NCBI GenBank assembly: GCA_965153355.1
Contig: OZ231126.1
Location: 10,540,001-10,604,000, forward strand
Source of the DNA: Flaccisagitta enflata
Taxonomy: Eukaryota
Length of the DNA: 64,000 nucleotides
Reading direction: 5' to 3'
Each line of letters begins with the position of its first letter. Positions within the stretch are counted from its first letter, which is position 1. The position numbers and the translations under genes were made by a program. Positions 1 through 19,091 of this stretch are shown here, piece after piece. Below the pieces are notes generated by a model. The model saw nothing but the letters and a program-made list of their open reading frames with translations, did not search any database and had not been told where the DNA came from.

Positions 1-3000
1 ACAACATTTTCTAGGCTTACAGAGAATCAAGTATCCAGTATCCAGTATCCAGTATCCAGTATCCAGTATCCAGTATCCAGTATCTGCGCCACCATCTTTA
101 ATGAATTAGTTTAAGCCAGTAAAAGGTCATTCATTTCATTCTCTTTGATCTTACTGAAGCATAAAACAGGCCTAATTAACATGTCCGTGTCACCTAAAAG
201 TTTTTTGTCACACCATTATATGAAATAAAAAAAGTCTTATCTAATAAGAGAGAATCAGGTATCCAGTATCCAGTATCCAGTATCTGCATCACCACATACA
301 CTCAAACAATGGACTCTAGTCTGAGCTTAGATACTGTAGACTAGCATTAAGGGTCAAGGGTCGCATGTTTAAAACAAAAAGACAACATTTTCTAGGCTTA
401 CAGAGAATCAAGTATCCAGTATCCAGTATCCAGTATCCAGTATCCAGTATCCAGTATCCAGTATCTGCGCCACCATCTTTAATGAATTAGTTTAAACCAG
501 TAAAAGGTCATTCATTTCATTCTCTATGATCTTACTGAAGCATAAAACAGGCCTAATTAACATGTTTGTGTCACCTAAAAGTCTTTTGTCACATCATTAT
601 ATGAAATAAAAAAAGTCGTATCTAATAAGAGAGAATCAGGTATCCAGTATCCAGTATCCAGTATCCAGTATCTGCATCACCACATACACTCAAACAATGG
701 ACTCTAGTCTGAGCTTAGATACTGTAGACTAGCATTAAGGGTCAAGGGTCGCATGTTTAAAACAAAAAGACAACATTTTCTAGGCTTACAGAGAATCAAG
801 TATCCAGTATCCAGTATCCAGTATCCAGTATCCAGTATCCAGTATCCAGTATCTGCGCCACCATCTTTAATGAATTAGTTTAAGCCAGTAAAAGGTCATT
901 CATTTCATTCTCTTTGATCTTACTGAAGCATAAAACAGGCCTAATTAATATGTCCGTGTCACCTAAAAGTTTTTTGTCACACCATTATATGAAATAAAAA
1001 AAGTCTTATCTAATAAGAGAGAATCAGGTATCCAGTATCCAGTATCCAGTATCTGCATCACCACATACACTCAAACAATGGACTCTAGTCTGAGCTTAGA
1101 TACTGTAGACTAGCATTAAGGGTCAAGGGTCGCATGTTTAAAACAAAAAGACAACATTTTCTAGGCTTACAGAGTATCAAGTATCCTAGTATCCAGTATC
1201 CAGTATCCAGTATCCAGTATCCAGTATCTGCGCCACCATCTTTAATGAATTAGTTTAAACCAGTAAAAGGTCATTCATTTCATTCTCTATGATCTTACTG
1301 AAGCATAAAACAGGCCTAATTAACATGTTTGTGTCACCTAAAAGTCTTTTGTCACATCATTATATGAAATAAAAAAAGTCGTATCTAATAAGAGAGAATC
1401 AGGTATCCAGTATCCAGTATCCAGTATCCAGTATCTGCATCACCACATACACTGAAACAATGGACTCTAGTCTGAGCTTAGATACTGTAGACTAGCATTA
1501 AGGGTCAAGGGTCGCATGTTTAAAACAAAAAGACAACATTTTCTAGGCTTACAGAGAATCAAGTATCCAGTATCCAGTATCCAGTATCCAGTATCCAGTA
1601 TCCAGTATCTGCGCCACCATCTTTAATGAATTAGTTTAAGCCAGTGAAAGGTCATTCATTTCATTCTCTTTGATCTTACTGAAGCATAAAACAGGCCTAA
1701 TTAACATGTCCGTGTCACCTAAAAGTTTTTTGTCACACCATTATATGAAATAAAAAAAGTCTTATCTAATAAGAAAGAATCAGGTATCCAGTATCCAGTA
1801 TCTATCATCCAGTATCTGCATCACCACATACACTCAAACAATGGACTCTAGTCTGAGCTTAGATACTGTAGACTAGCATTAAGGGTCAAGGGTCGCATGT
1901 TTAAAACAAAAAGACAACATTTTCTAGGCTTACAGAGAATCAAGTATCCAGTATCCAGTATCCAGTATCCAGTATCTGCGCCACCATCTTTGATGAATTA
2001 GTTTAAACCAGTAAAAGGTCATTCATTTCATTCTCTATGATCTTACTGAAGCATAAAACAGGCCTAATTAACATGTCCATGTCACCTAAAAGTTTTTTGT
2101 CACACCATTATATGAAATAAAAAAAGTCTTATCTAATAAGAGAGAATCAGGTATCCAGTATCCAGTATCCAGTATCCAGTATCTGCATCACCACATACAC
2201 TCAAACAATGGACTCTAGTCTGAGCTTAGATACTGTAGACTAGCATTAAGGGTCAAGGGTGGCATGTTTAAAACAAAAAGACAACATTTTCTAGGCTTAC
2301 AGAGAATCAAGTATCCAGTATCCAGTATCCAGTATCTGCTCCAGCATCTTTAATGAATTAGTTTAAGCCAGTGAAACGTCATTCATTTCATTCTCTTTGA
2401 TCTTACTGAAGCATAAAACAGGCCTAATTAACATGTCCGTGTCACCTAAAAGTTTTTTGTCACACCATTATATGAAATAAAAAAAGTCTTATCTAATAAG
2501 AGAGAATCAGGTATCCAGTATCCAGTATCCAGTATCTGCATCACCACATACACTCAAACAATGGACTCTAGTCTGAGCTTAGATACTGTAGACTAGCATT
2601 AAGGGTCAAGGGTCGCATGTTTAAAACAAAAAGACAACATTTTCTAGGCTTACAGAGTATCAAGTATCCAGTATCCAGTATCCAGTATCCAGTATCCAGT
2701 ATCCAGTATCTGCGCCACCATCTTTAATGAATTAGTTTAAACCAGTAAAAGGTCATTCATTTCATTCTCTATGATCTTACTGAAGCATAAAACAGGCCTA
2801 ATTAACATGTTTGTGTCACCTAAAAGTCTTTTGTCACATCATTATATGAAATAAAAAAAGTCGTATCTAATAAGAGAGAATCAGGTATCCAGTATCCAGT
2901 ATCCAGTATCCAGTATCTGCATCACCACATACACTGAAACAATGGACTCTAGTCTGAGCTTAGATACTGTAGACTAGCATTAAGGGTCAAGGGTCGCATG

Positions 3001-5244
3001 TTTAAAACAAAAAGACAACATTTTCTAGGCTTACAGAGAATCAAGTATCCAGTATCCAGTATCCAGTATCCAGTATCTGCGCCACCATCTTTAATGAATT
3101 AGTTTAAGCCAGTAAAAGGTCATTCATTTCATTCTCTTTGATCTTACTGAAGCATAAAACAGGCCTAATTAACATGTCCGTGTCACCTAAAAGTTTTTTG
3201 TCACACCATTATATGAAATAAAAAAAGTCTTATCTAATAAGAGAGAATCAGGTATCCAGTATCCAGTATCCAGTATCCAGTATCTGCATCACCACATACA
3301 CTCAAACAATGGACTCTAGTCTGAGCTTAGATACTGTAGACTAGCATTAAGGGTCAAGGGTCGCATGTTTAAAACAAAAAGACAACATTTTCTAGGCTTA
3401 CAGAGAATCAAGTATCCAGTATCCAGTATCCAGTATCCAGTATCCAGTATCCAGTATCCAGTATCCAGTATCTGCGCCACCATCTTTGATGAATTAGTTT
3501 AAACCAGTAAAAGGTCATTCATTTCATTGTCTATGATCTTACTGAAGCATAAAACAGGCCTAATTAACATGTCCATGTCACCTAAAAGTTTTTTGTCACA
3601 CCATTATATGAAATAAAAAAAGTCTTATCTAATAAGAGAGAATCAGGTATCCAGTATCCAGTATCCAGTATCCAGTATCTGCATCACCACATACACTCAA
3701 ACAATGGACTCTAGTCTGAGCTTAGATACTGTAGACTAGCATTAAGGGTCAAGGGTGGCATGTTTAAAACAAAAAGACAACAGTTTCTAGGCTTACAGAG
3801 AATCAAGTATCCAGTATCCAGTTTCCAGTATCCAGTATCCAGTATCCAGTATCCAGTATCCAGTATCCAGTATCCAGTATCCAGTATCTGCGCCACCATC
3901 TTTAATGAATTAGTTTAAGCCAGTAAAAGGTCATTCATTTCATTCTCTTTGATCTTACTGAAGCATAAAACAGGCCTAATTAACATGTCCGTGTCACCTA
4001 AAAGTTTTTTGTCACACCATTATATGAAATTAAAAAAGCCTTATCTAATAAGAGAGAATCAGGTATCCAGTATCCAGTATCCAGTATCCAGTATCCAGTA
4101 TCTGCATCACCACATACACTCAAACAATGGACTCTAGTCTGAGCTTAGATACTGTAGACTAGCATTAAAGGTCAAGGGTCGCATGTTTAAAACAAAAAGA
4201 CAACATTTTCTAGGCTTACAGAGAATCAAGTATCCAGTATCCAGTATCCAGTATCCAGTATCCAGTATCCAGTATCCAGTATCTGCGCCACCATCTTTAA
4301 TGAATTAGTTTAAGCCAGTAAAAGGTCATTCATTTCATTCTCTTTGATCTTACTGAAGCATAAAACAGGCCTAATTAACATGTCCGTGTCACCTAAAAGT
4401 TTTTTGTCGCACCATTATATGAAATAAAAAAAGTCTTATCTAATAAGAGCGAATCAGGTATCCAGTAACCAGTATCCAGTATCCAGTATCTGCATCACAA
4501 CATACACTCAAACAATGGACTCTAGTCTGAGCTTAGATACTGTAGACTAGCATTAAGGGTCAAGGGTCGCATGTTTGAAACATTTTCTAGGCTTACAGAG
4601 AATCAAGTATCCAGTATCCAGTATCCAGTATCCAGTATCCAGTATCCAGTATCCAGTATCTGCGCCACCATCTTTGATGAATTAGTTTAAACCAGTAAAA
4701 GGTCATTCATTTCATTCTCTATGATCTTACTGAAGCATAAAACAGGCCTAATTAACATGTCCGTGTCACCTAAAAGTTTTTTGTCACACCATTATATGAA
4801 ATAAAAAAAGTCTTATCTAATAAGAGAGAATCAGGTATCCAGTATCCAGTATCCAGTATCTGCATCACCACATACACTCAAACAATGGACTCTAGTCTGA
4901 GCTTAGATACTGTAGACTAGCATTAAGGGTCAAGGGTCGCATGTTTAAAACAAAAAGACAACATTTTCTAGGCTTACAGAGAATCAAGTATCCAGTATCC
5001 AGTATCCAGTATCCAGTATCTGCGCCACCATCTTTAATGAATTAGTTTAAACCAGTAAAAGGTCATTCATTTCATTCTCTATGATCTTACTGAAGCATAA
5101 AACAGGCCTAATTAACATGTTTGTGTCACCTAAAAGTCTTTTGTCACATCATTATATGAAATAAAAAAAGTCGTATCTAATAAGAGAGAATCAGGTATCC
5201 AGTATCCAGTATCCAGTATCCAGTATCTGCATTACCACATACAC
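1..5244 (+). repeat. Satellite DNA array, monomer ~380-390 bp with two internal (GTATCCA)n tracts
   Basis: ACAACATTTTCTAGGC recurs at 1, 382, 770 and onward. Monomer length varies mostly in steps of 7 nt with heptamer copy number. Confidence 0.98.
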
Positions 5245-5639
5245 TACGCTGAGTCATTTACACTCAAAGAGCTTACCCTGCTTTGGTTCGATGAAAATAC
5301 GTTGACACATCGTAAGAAAGACGTAAACAAACTAACCGGGGACTGTGGATGACCGGCAACCTTCGCCAACACGAAATACTAATTTGGCAGATAAAGCAGT
5401 CATAAGGATTGAAAGCCTGGATTTCAAAGCTGATTATTGTTATTAAAAAAAAATGTTTTTAAGCAAAGAATGATAAAAAATATAAAAATTTTTTAGTACT
5501 AAAGCAGTAAAAAACCAAAAATGTTTTTAAACAAATTTAAAAAATGATAAAACAATATTTTTTTAGTTGTTGCGTGAAAAAGTTGGCTGTCATTCCAAAT
5601 CTCATCGGATTTAAAAACTCCTTAACTACCATTTCTTTG

Positions 5640-5649
5640 TCTGTCTGTC

Positions 5650-5737
<88 letters not shown>
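5640..5737. repeat. (TCTG)n/(TC)n microsatellite inside the hAT element
   Basis: Direct read. Confidence 0.95.
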
Positions 5738-5740
<3 letters not shown>

Positions 5741-6062
5741 CGTACAAAAGAAGGTGATAGAAATTGATCCTTTTTTTAGTCTTTTTTTTCATTCCATTTC
5801 ATTAGAGAATGTATAAATACAAAGTTACTCTGAGATGTAGAATTGTGTAAAGATGACTACCAGGCGCAGGCTAGAATGCATTTCATTATTGCAAAAAAGA
5901 AAAAGAAAGAATAAATAAATGAATAAAAAAATGAAAAGAGCAACTTGGTAATATTCTGATCAATCGAGTAATTGCCGGAGGAATTTCGCGTTTGAATCGA
6001 TTGCAAATGTCAATGAGAATTTAATGGAGAGATCATTGGCGGCATAGCGAATTGATTTCGTC

Positions 6063-6065
<3 letters not shown>

Positions 6066-6142
<77 letters not shown>

Positions 6143-6204
6143 AGTTGTTGTTGTTGTTGAACAAGCTTGGCTGCTGTTGCTTTTGTTTTTGTTTGTATTG
6201 CTTC

Positions 6205-6259
<55 letters not shown>

Positions 6260-6305
6260 GAACAAGCTTGGCTGCTGTTGCTTTTGTTTTTGTTTGTATT
6301 GCTTC

Positions 6306-6363
<58 letters not shown>

Positions 6364-6413
6364 GAACAAGCTTGGCTGATGTCGCTTTTGTTTTTTTTTT
6401 GTATTGCTTCGGC

Positions 6414-6471
<58 letters not shown>

Positions 6472-6484
6472 GGTGTTGTTGTTC
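6066..6484. repeat. (CTG)n/(TTG)n compound microsatellite with a ~100-bp unit repeated three times, just 3' of the transposase stop
   Basis: GAACAAGCTTGGCTG recurs near 6159, 6260 and 6364, with (TTG)n tracts between copies. Confidence 0.9.
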
Positions 6485-11647
<5,163 letters not shown>

Positions 11648-11935
11648 GGCAAAAAAAAATTGATTGAACAAATAGGAAAAAAAATCAATAAAAAATGCAC
11701 GCATGCAAAATAAAAGCAAACAAAGACATGCTGTATTGTGTAACGGCAGATGGAATAGCAAGTTTCTTCTAGAATTCAGTCTTACTGTGTTTTTGAATTG
11801 TTTCGTTTTGTTGGCGATGGTTGCAGCTAACTCTCCGTCCCCGGTCAATTTCTTCGCGTCAGTCCCACGACGTGTGATGGAATTTCCATCACACCAAAGC
11901 CGATTAAGACCCTTGAGTGTATATGCTTCAGCGTA

Positions 11936-14900
11936 ACATACACTGAAACAATGGACTCTAGTCTGAGCTTAGATACTGTAGACTAGCATTAAGGGTCAAG
12001 GGTCGCATGTTTAAAACAAAAAGACAACATTTTCTAGGCTTACAGAGAATCAAGTATCCAGTATCCAGTATCCAGTATCCAGTATCCAGTATCCAGTATC
12101 TGCGCCACCATCTTTAATGAATTAGTTTAAGCCAGTGAAAGGTCATTCATTTCATTCTCTTTGATCTTACTGAAGCATAAAACAGGCCTAATTAACATGT
12201 CCGTGTCACCTAAAAGTTTTTTGTCACACCAGTATATGAAATAAAAAAAGTCTTATCTAATAAGAAAGAATCAGGTATCCAGTATCCAGTATCTATCATC
12301 CAGTATCTGCATCACCACATACACTCAAACAATGGACTCTAGTCTGAGCTTAGATACTGTAGACTAGCATTAAGGGTCAAGGGTCGCATGTTTTAAACAA
12401 AAAGACAACATTTTCTAGGCTTACAGAGAATCAAGTATCCAGTATCCAGTATCCAGTATCCAGTATCCAGTATCCAGTATCCAGTATCTGCGCCACCATC
12501 TTTGATGAATTAGTTTAAACCAGTAAAAGGTCATTCATTTCATTGTCTATGATCTTACTGAAGCATAAAACAGGCCTAATTAACATGTCCATGTCACCTA
12601 AAAATTTTTTGTCACACCATTATATGAAATAAAAAAAGTCTTATCTAATAAGAGAGAATCAGGTATCCAGTATCCAGTATCCAGTATCCAGTATCTGCAT
12701 CACCACATACACTCAAACAATGGACTCTAGTCTGAGCTTAGATACTGTAGACTAGCATTAAGGGTCAAGGGTCGCATGTTTAAAACAAAAAGACAACAGT
12801 TTCTAGGCTTACAGAGAATCAAGTATCCAGTATCCAGTTTCCAGTATCCAGTATCCAGTATCCAGTATCCAGTATCCAGTATCCAGTATCCAGTATCTGC
12901 GCCACCATCTTTAATGAATTAGTTTAAGCCAGTAAAAGGTCATTCATTTCATTCTCTTTGATCTTACTGAAGCATAAAACAGGCCTAATTAACATGTCCG
13001 TGTCACCTAAAAGTTTTTTGTCACACCATTATATGAAATAAAAAAAGCCTTATCTAATAAGAGAGAATCAGGTATCCAGTATCCAGTATCCAGTATCCAG
13101 TATCCAGTATCTGCATCACCACATACACTCAAACAATGGACTAGTCTGCTTGAGCTAGATACTGTAGACTAGCATTAAAGGTCAAGGGTCGCATGTTTAA
13201 AACAAAAAGACAACATTTTCTAGGCTTACAGAGAATCAAGTATCCAGTATCCAGTATCCAGTATCCAGTATCCAGTATCCAGTATCCAGTATCCAGTATC
13301 TGCGCCACCATCTTTAATGAATTAGTTTAAGCCAGTAAAAGGTCATTCATTTCATTCTCTTTGATCTTACTGAAGCATAAAACAGGCCTAATTAACATGT
13401 CCGTGTCACCTAAAAGTTTTTTGTCGCACCATTATATGAAATAAAAAAAGTCTTATCTAATAAGAGCGAATCAGGTATCCAGTAACCAGTATCCAGTATC
13501 CAGTATCTGCATCACAACATACACTCAAACAATGGACTCTAGTCTGAGCTTAGATACTGTAGACTAGCATTAAGGGTCAAGGGTCGCATGTTTGAAACAT
13601 TTTCTAGGCTTACAGAGAATCAAGTATCCAGTATCCAGTATCCAGTATCCAGTATCCAGTATCCAGTATCCAGTATCTGCGCCACCATCTTTGATGAATT
13701 AGTTTAAACCAGTAAAAGGTCATTCATTTCATTCTCTATGATCTTACTGAAGCATAAAACAGGCCTAATTAACATGTCCGTGTCACCTAAAAGTTTTTTG
13801 TCACACCATTATATGAAATAAAAAAAGTCTTATCTAATAAGAGAGAATCAGGTATCCAGTATCCAGTATCCAGTATCCAGTATCTGCATCACCACATACA
13901 CTCAAACAATGGACTCTAGTCTGAGCTTAGATACTGTAGACTAGCATTAAGGGTCAAGGGTCGCATGTTTAAAACAAAAAGACAACATTTTCTAGGCTTA
14001 CAGAGAATCAAGTATCCAGTATCCAGTATCCAGTATCCAGTATCCAGTATCCAGTATCCAGTATCCAGTATCCAGTATCCAGTATCTGCGCCACCATCTT
14101 TAATGAATTAGTTTAAGCCAGTAAAAGGTCATTCATTTCATTCTCTTTGATCTTACTGAAGCATAAAACAGGCCTAATTAACATGTCCGTGTCACCTAAA
14201 AGTTTTTTGTCACACCATTATATGAAATTAAAAAAGTCTTATCTAATAAGAGAGAATCAGGTATCCAGTATCCAGTATCCAGTATCCAGTATCCAGTATC
14301 TGCATCACCACATACACTCAAACAATGGACTCTAGTCTGAGCTTAGATACTGTAGACTAGCATTAAAGGTCAAGGGTCGCATGTTTAAAACAAAAAGACA
14401 ACATTTTCTAGGCTTACAGAGAATCAAGTATCCAGTATCCAGTATCCAGTATCCAGTATCCAGTATCCAGTATCCAGTATCTGCGCCACCATCTTTAATG
14501 AATTAGTTTAAGCCAGTAAAAGGTCATTCATTTCATTCTCTTTGATCTTACTGAAGCATAAAACAGGCCTAATTAACATGTCCGTGTCACCTAAAAGTTT
14601 TTTGTCGCACCATTATATGAAATAAAAAAAGTCTTATCTAATAAGAGCGAATCAGGTATCCAGTAACCAGTATCCAGTATCCAGTATCTGCATCACAACA
14701 TACACTCAAACAATGGACTCTAGTCTGAGCTTAGATACTGTAGACTAGCATTAAGGGTCAAGGGTCGCATGTTCGAAACATTTTCTAGGCTTACAGAGAA
14801 TCAAGTATCCAGTATCCAGTATCCAGTATCCAGTATCCAGTATCCAGTATCCAGTATCTGCGCCACCATCTTTGATGAATTAGTTTAAACCAGTAAAAGG

Positions 14901-17900
14901 TCATTCATTTCATTCTCTATGATCTTACTGAAGCATAAAACAGGCCTAATTAACATGTCCGTGTCACCTAAAAGTTTTTTGTCACACCATTATATGAAAT
15001 AAAAAAAGTCTTATCTAATAAGAGAGAATCAGGTATCCAGTATCCAGTATCCAGTATCCAGTATCTGCATCACCACATACACTCAAACAATGGACTCTAG
15101 TCTGAGCTTAGATACTGTAGACTAGCATTAAGGGTCAAGGGTGGCATGTTTAAAACAAAAAGACAACAGTTTCTAGGCTTACAGAGAATCAAGTATCCAG
15201 TATCCAGTTTCCAGTATCCAGTATCCAGTATCCAGTATCCAGTATCCAGTATCCAGTATCCAGTATCTGCGCCACCATCTTTAATGAATTAGTTTAAGCC
15301 AGTAAAAGGTCATTCATTTCATTCTCTTTGATCTTACTGAAGCATAAAACAGGCCTAATTAACATGTCCGTGTCACCTAAAAGTTTTTTGTCACACCATT
15401 ATATGAAATAAAAAAAGTCTTATCTAATAAGAGAGAATCAGGTATCCAGTATCCAGTATCCAGTATCCAGTATCTGCATCACCACATACACTCAAACAAT
15501 GGACTCTAGTCTGAGCTTAGATACTGTAGACTAGCATTAAGGGTCAAGGGTCGCATGTTTAAAACAAAAAGACAACATTTTCTAGGCTTACAGAGAATCA
15601 AGTATCCAGTATCCAGTATCCAGTATCCAGTATCCAGTATCCAGTATCTGCGCCACCATCTTTAATGAATTAGTTTAAGCCAGTAAAAGGTCATTCATTT
15701 CATTCTCTTTGATCTTACTGAAGCATAAAACAGGCCTAATTAACATGTCCGTGTCACCTAAAAGTTTTTTGTCGCACCATTATATGAAATAAAAAAAGTC
15801 TTATCTAATAAGAGCGAATCAGGTATCCAGTAACCAGTATCCAGTATCCAGTATCTGCATCACAACATACACTCAAACAATGGACTCTAGTCTGAGCTTA
15901 GATACTGTAGACTAGCATTAAGGGTCAAGGGTCGCATGTTTGAAACATTTTCTAGGCTTACAGAGAATCAAGTATCCAGTATCCAGTATCCAGTATCCAG
16001 TATCCAGTATCCAGTATCCAGTATCTGCGCCACCATCTTTGATGAATTAGTTTAAACCAGTAAAAGGTCATTCATTTCATTCTCTATGATCTTACTGAAG
16101 CATAAAACAGGCCTAATTAACATGTCCGTGTCACCTCAAAGTTTTTTGTCACACCATTATATGAAATAAAAAAAGTCTTATCTAATAAGAGAGAATCAGG
16201 TATCCAGTATCCAGTATCCAGTATCCAGTATCTGCATCACCACATACACTCAAATAATGGACTCTAGTCTGAGCTTAGATACTGTAGACTAGCATTAAGG
16301 GTCAAGGGTCGCATGTTTAAAACAAAAAGACAACATTTTCTAGGCTTACAGAGAATCAAGTATCCAGTATCCAGTATCCAGTATCCAGTATCCAGTATCC
16401 AGTATCTGCGCCACCATCTTTAATGAATTAGTTTAAGCCAGTAAAAGGTCATTCATTTCATTCTCTTTGATCTTACTGTAGCATAAAACAGGCCTAATTA
16501 ACATGTCCGTGTCACCTAAAAGTTTTTTGTCACACCATTATATGAAATAAAAAAGTCTTATCTAATAAAAGAGAATCAGGTATCCAGTATCCAGTATCCA
16601 GTATCCAGTATCTGCATCACCACATACACTCAAACAATGGACTCTAGTCTGAGCTTAGATACTGTAGACTAGCATTAAGGGTCAAGGGTGGCATGTTTAA
16701 AACAAAAAGACAACATTTTCTAGGCTTACAGAGAATCAAGTATCCAGTATCCAGTATCCAGTATCCAGTATCCAGTATCCAGTATCCAGTATCCAGTATC
16801 CAGTATCTGCGCCACCATCTTTAATGAATTAGTTTAAGCCAGTAAAAGGTCATTCATTTCATTCTCTATGATCTTACTGAAGCATAAAACAGGCCTAATT
16901 AACATGTCCGTGTCACCTAAAAGTTTTTTGTCACACCATTATATGAAATAAAAAAAGTCTTATCTAATAAGAGAGAATCAGGTATCCAGTATCCAGTATC
17001 CAGTATCCAGTATCTGCATCACCACATACACTCAAACAATGGACTCTAGTCTGAGCTTAGATACTGTAGACCTGCATTAAGGGTCAAGGGTCGCATGTTT
17101 AAAACAAAAATACAACATTTTCTAGGCTTACAGAGAATCAAGTATCCAGTATCCAGTATCCAGTATCCAGTATCCAGTATCCATTATCTGCGCCACCATC
17201 TTTGATGAATTAGTTTAAACTAGTAAAAGGTCATTCATTTCATTCTCTATGATCTTACTGAAGCATAAAACAGGCCTAATCCACTAATATGTCCGTAAGT
17301 TACCTAAAAGTTTTTTGTCACACCATATATGAAATAAAAAAGTCTTATCTAATAAGAGAGAATCAGGTATCCAGTATCCAGTATCCAGTGTCCAGTATCT
17401 GCATCACCACATACACTCAAACAATGGACTCTAGTCTGAGCTTAGATACTGTAGACTAGCATTAAGGGTCAAGGGTCGCATGTTTAAAACAAAAAGACAA
17501 CATTTTCTAGGCTTACAGAGAATCAAGTATCCAGTATCCAGTATCCAGTATCCAGTATCCAGTATCTGCGCCACCATCTTTAATGAATTAGTTTAAGCCA
17601 GTAAATGGTCATTCATTTCATTCTCTTTGATCTTACTGAAGCATAAAACAGGCCTAATTAACATGTCCGTGTCACCTAAAAGTTTTTTGTCACACCATTA
17701 TATGAAATAAAAAAAGTCTTATCTAATAAGAGAGAATCAGGTATCCAGTATCCAGTATCCAGTATCTGCATCACCACATACACTCAAACAATGGACTCTA
17801 GTCTGAGCTTAGATACTGTAGACTAGCATTAAGGGTCAAGGGTCGCATGTTTAAAACAAAAAGACAACATTTTCTAGGCTTACAGAGTATCAAGTATCCA

Positions 17901-19091
17901 GTATCCAGTATCCAGTATCCAGTATCCAGTATCCAGTATCCAGTATCTGCGCCACCATCTTTGATGAATTAGTTTAAACCAGTAAAAGGTCATTCATTTC
18001 ATTCTCTATGATCTTACTGAAGCATAAAACAGGCCTAATTAATATGTTTTGTAAGTCAATTTAAAAAGTTCTTGCTTCATCATTATATGAAATAAAAAAA
18101 AGTCGTATCTAATAAGAGAGAATCAGGTATCTAGTGTATCTAGTATCCAGTATCCAGTATCTGCATCACCACATACACTCAAACAATGGGACTCTAGTTC
18201 GAGCTAGATACGTAGACTAGCATTAAGGTGGTCAAGGCTGATGTTTAAAACAAAAAGACAAATATTTTCTAGGCTTACAGGAGAATCACATCTATATCTG
18301 TGCATCCAGTATCCAGTATCCAGTATCCAGTATCCAGTATCTGCACCACCATCTTTAATGAATTAGTTTAAGCCAGTGAAAGGTCATTCATTTCACTCTC
18401 TTTGATCTTACTGAAGCATAAAACAGGCCTAATTAACATGTCCTGTCACTCAAATGTTTTTTGTCACACCATTATAGGAAATAAAAAAGTCTTATCTAAC
18501 AAGAGAATCAGGTATCCAGTATCCGCATCTTAGTATCCAGTATCTGCATCACCACACACACTCAAACAATGGACTCTAGTCTGGAGCTAGATACTGTAGA
18601 CCAGCATTAAGGGTCAAGGGTCGCATGTTTAAAACAAAAAGACAACATTTTTAAGGTTTACAGAGAATCAAGTATCCAGTATGCAGTATCCAGTATCCAG
18701 TATCCAGTATCCAGTATCCAGTATCTGCGCCACCATCTTTGATGAATTAGTTTAAACCAGTAAAAGGTCATTCATTTCATTGTCTATGATCTTACTGAAG
18801 CATAAAACAGGCCTAATTAACATGTCCATGTCACCTAAAAGTTTTTTGTCACACCATTATATGAAATAAAAAAAATCTTATCTAATAAGAGAGAATCAGG
18901 TATCCAGTATCAAGTATCCAGTATCCAGTATCTGCATCACCACATACACTCAAACAATGGACTCTAGTCTGAGCTTAGATACTGTAGACTCAGCATTAAG
19001 GGTCAAGGGTGGCATGTTTAAAACAAAAGACAAATAGTTTCTAGGCTTTACAGAGGAATTAAGTATCCAGTATCCAGTTTCAGTATCCAGT
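11936..19091 (+). repeat. Satellite array (continuation), indel-rich after ~17280
   Basis: Same monomer and orientation as 1-5244. It ends inside a heptamer tract at the junction with the retroelement integrase. Confidence 0.98.

Noticed and set aside
30-85. (GTATCCA)n as a telomeric repeat
   Set aside because: The tracts are short, embedded in a larger monomer and lack a G-run; nothing indicates a chromosome end.
3711-4137. Short ORFs with ILDTGYW / SSIQYP repeats, also at 14147 and 49056-59250
   Set aside because: Translations of the satellite heptamer; not genes.
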